Program-made: the position numbers and the translations under genes
Shown here: positions 63,373 to 64,000 of the stretch, one piece after another
Position numbering within the stretch: the first letter of the stretch is position 1
Layout of the letters: every line of letters begins with the position of its first letter
Notes under the pieces: generated by a model
Database searches by the model: none
Seen by the model: only the letters and a program-made list of their open reading frames with translations
What the model was told of the DNA's origin: nothing
IMG/VR virus record: IMGVR_UViG_3300016472_000494
Source of the DNA: a virus
Taxonomy: Duplodnaviria; Heunggongvirae; Uroviricota; Caudoviricetes
Reading direction: 5' to 3' (one strand)
DNA: 64,000 nt

Positions 63373-64000
63373 ATGGAAGTATCAATTATTGAAAAGCATC
63401 AAGCTTTTAAAACTAATAGTACGATTGCTGTTAGACCGTTTGTTGACAACACAAACGCCAACATGGGCCTTGAAAAGTATCAAATGGTGCTTTTTGAAGG
63501 TGTGTTCCACGAGGAACAATTAGCATGTCTGGAGTACAATGGCATCAAACGCTATGTCACAGGACTTAATGAGTTTGCTCCTGAAATAAAGCAGATGAAT
63601 GAAGATGAGCGTGAAGCTGCCATCAAGCAGATTCGTATGACAGTATCACAGCTTGAAAAAGAACTTGCAGCAAACATCATTGACCCTGACGACAAGGATT
63701 TTTGGAACAAAGTAAGATTGCTACGTCCTGACAATGATGAGTTTTGGGGTAAGATTGTGATGCGTTTTGGCAATGAGCCAATCTTTTTAGACGCTTCTTC
63801 AGATCCTTATGACTTGATTAAACTCAGAGCAATTGAAGCAGGAGGTTTCTCTATTGTTGCAAAAAGTCTTGAAGAAGCGCGTTCTTCTGCCATTCCTTTC
63901 AAGTTTTATCTTGATCGTTATGAAGAGACAGCTTCTATTCGTACAGAAGTTAAAAAGATGCGTAACAAGGCTTTGGCAGAGCTTCAAAAGCTATTTGACA
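63373..64000 (+). CDS. hypothetical protein, 3'-truncated by the window edge
   Basis: ATG 63373, open to the window end (209 codons, no stop): MEVSIIEKHQAFKTNSTIAVRPFVDN...; not in the ORF track because no stop lies within the window. Confidence 0.45.
   Translation, partial: MEVSIIEKHQAFKTNSTIAVRPFVDNTNANMGLEKYQMVLFEGVFHEEQLACLEYNGIKRYVTGLNEFAPEIKQMNEDEREAAIKQIRMTVSQLEKELAANIIDPDDKDFWNKVRLLRPDNDEFWGKIVMRFGNEPIFLDASSDPYDLIKLRAIEAGGFSIVAKSLEEARSSAIPFKFYLDRYEETASIRTEVKKMRNKALAELQKLFD

Noticed and set aside
63308-63523. 71-aa + ORF
   Set aside because: Out of frame with, and overlapped by, the longer open reading frame starting at 63373 that runs to the window edge; Leu/Lys-rich low complexity.

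Overview
The window reads as a contiguous piece of a large, apparently lytic dsDNA phage genome: there is no integrase, no ribosomal genes and no host housekeeping genes. The host is probably a member of the Bacteroidetes. Several gene starts are preceded by the Bacteroidetes sigma-A -7 element TAnnTTTG, often as TTTGTAGA about 20-45 nt upstream of the ATG, and recognisable Shine-Dalgarno sequences are essentially absent.

Layout by strand block:
- 15-2773 (+): tail-fibre-like repeat protein and small ORFs.
- 2853-7231 (-): nucleotide metabolism (ThyX-like thymidylate synthase, class I ribonucleotide reductase alpha and beta).
- 7536-9297 (+): lysis cassette (membrane/coiled-coil protein, 2-TM holin-like protein, secreted lipoprotein-like protein, CHAP-type endolysin).
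- 9374-51129 (-): a roughly 41-kb leftward block.
  - Nucleotide and replication functions: dNMP-kinase-like protein, family B DNA polymerase, PD-(D/E)XK exonuclease-like protein, DnaG-like primase, Sak4-like ATPase, DnaB-like helicase, UDG, SF2 helicase, dUTPase.
  - Accessory and anti-defence candidates: free-standing GIY-YIG endonuclease, DUF2829/Tad2-like protein, HNH endonucleases, SplB-like radical SAM protein, SPFH protein, VWA protein plus AAA+ (CobT/CobS- or MoxR-like) pair, wHTH regulator, membrane-anchored GH73 glucosaminidase, PhoH, and dozens of small hypothetical genes.
- 51236-64000 (+): tRNA-Thr(UGU), a GroES-like protein, a noncanonical tRNA-Met(CAU)-like gene, a strong terminator, then a packaging and head module (Cas4-like nuclease, large terminase, portal-sized protein, acidic scaffold-like protein, major-capsid-sized protein).

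The most unusual region is a roughly 5.8-kb repeat-rich, ORF-poor island at about 41990-47800. It holds at least five copies of a composite structured repeat: an arm (CC)CTCTGCACTCAGTTGTAA, then 70-130 bp of variable sequence, then the inverted arm TTACAACTG, then a hairpin with a conserved CCTTGGGAA loop and covarying stems, then ATGGTGCATTAAAATTGGTTGA. The island also carries two tRNA-like elements on the minus strand, with acceptor stem, T-arm and CCA but 60-120-nt insertions. It further contains a tandem paralogous gene pair preceded by G-rich GGGTTGA(A/G)GGTTG repeats. Other notable non-coding features are a four-copy palindromic GGTCAnnnGTGAC array at 36564-36700 next to a wHTH regulator, and a duplicated promoter/start-codon segment upstream of the lysis cassette.
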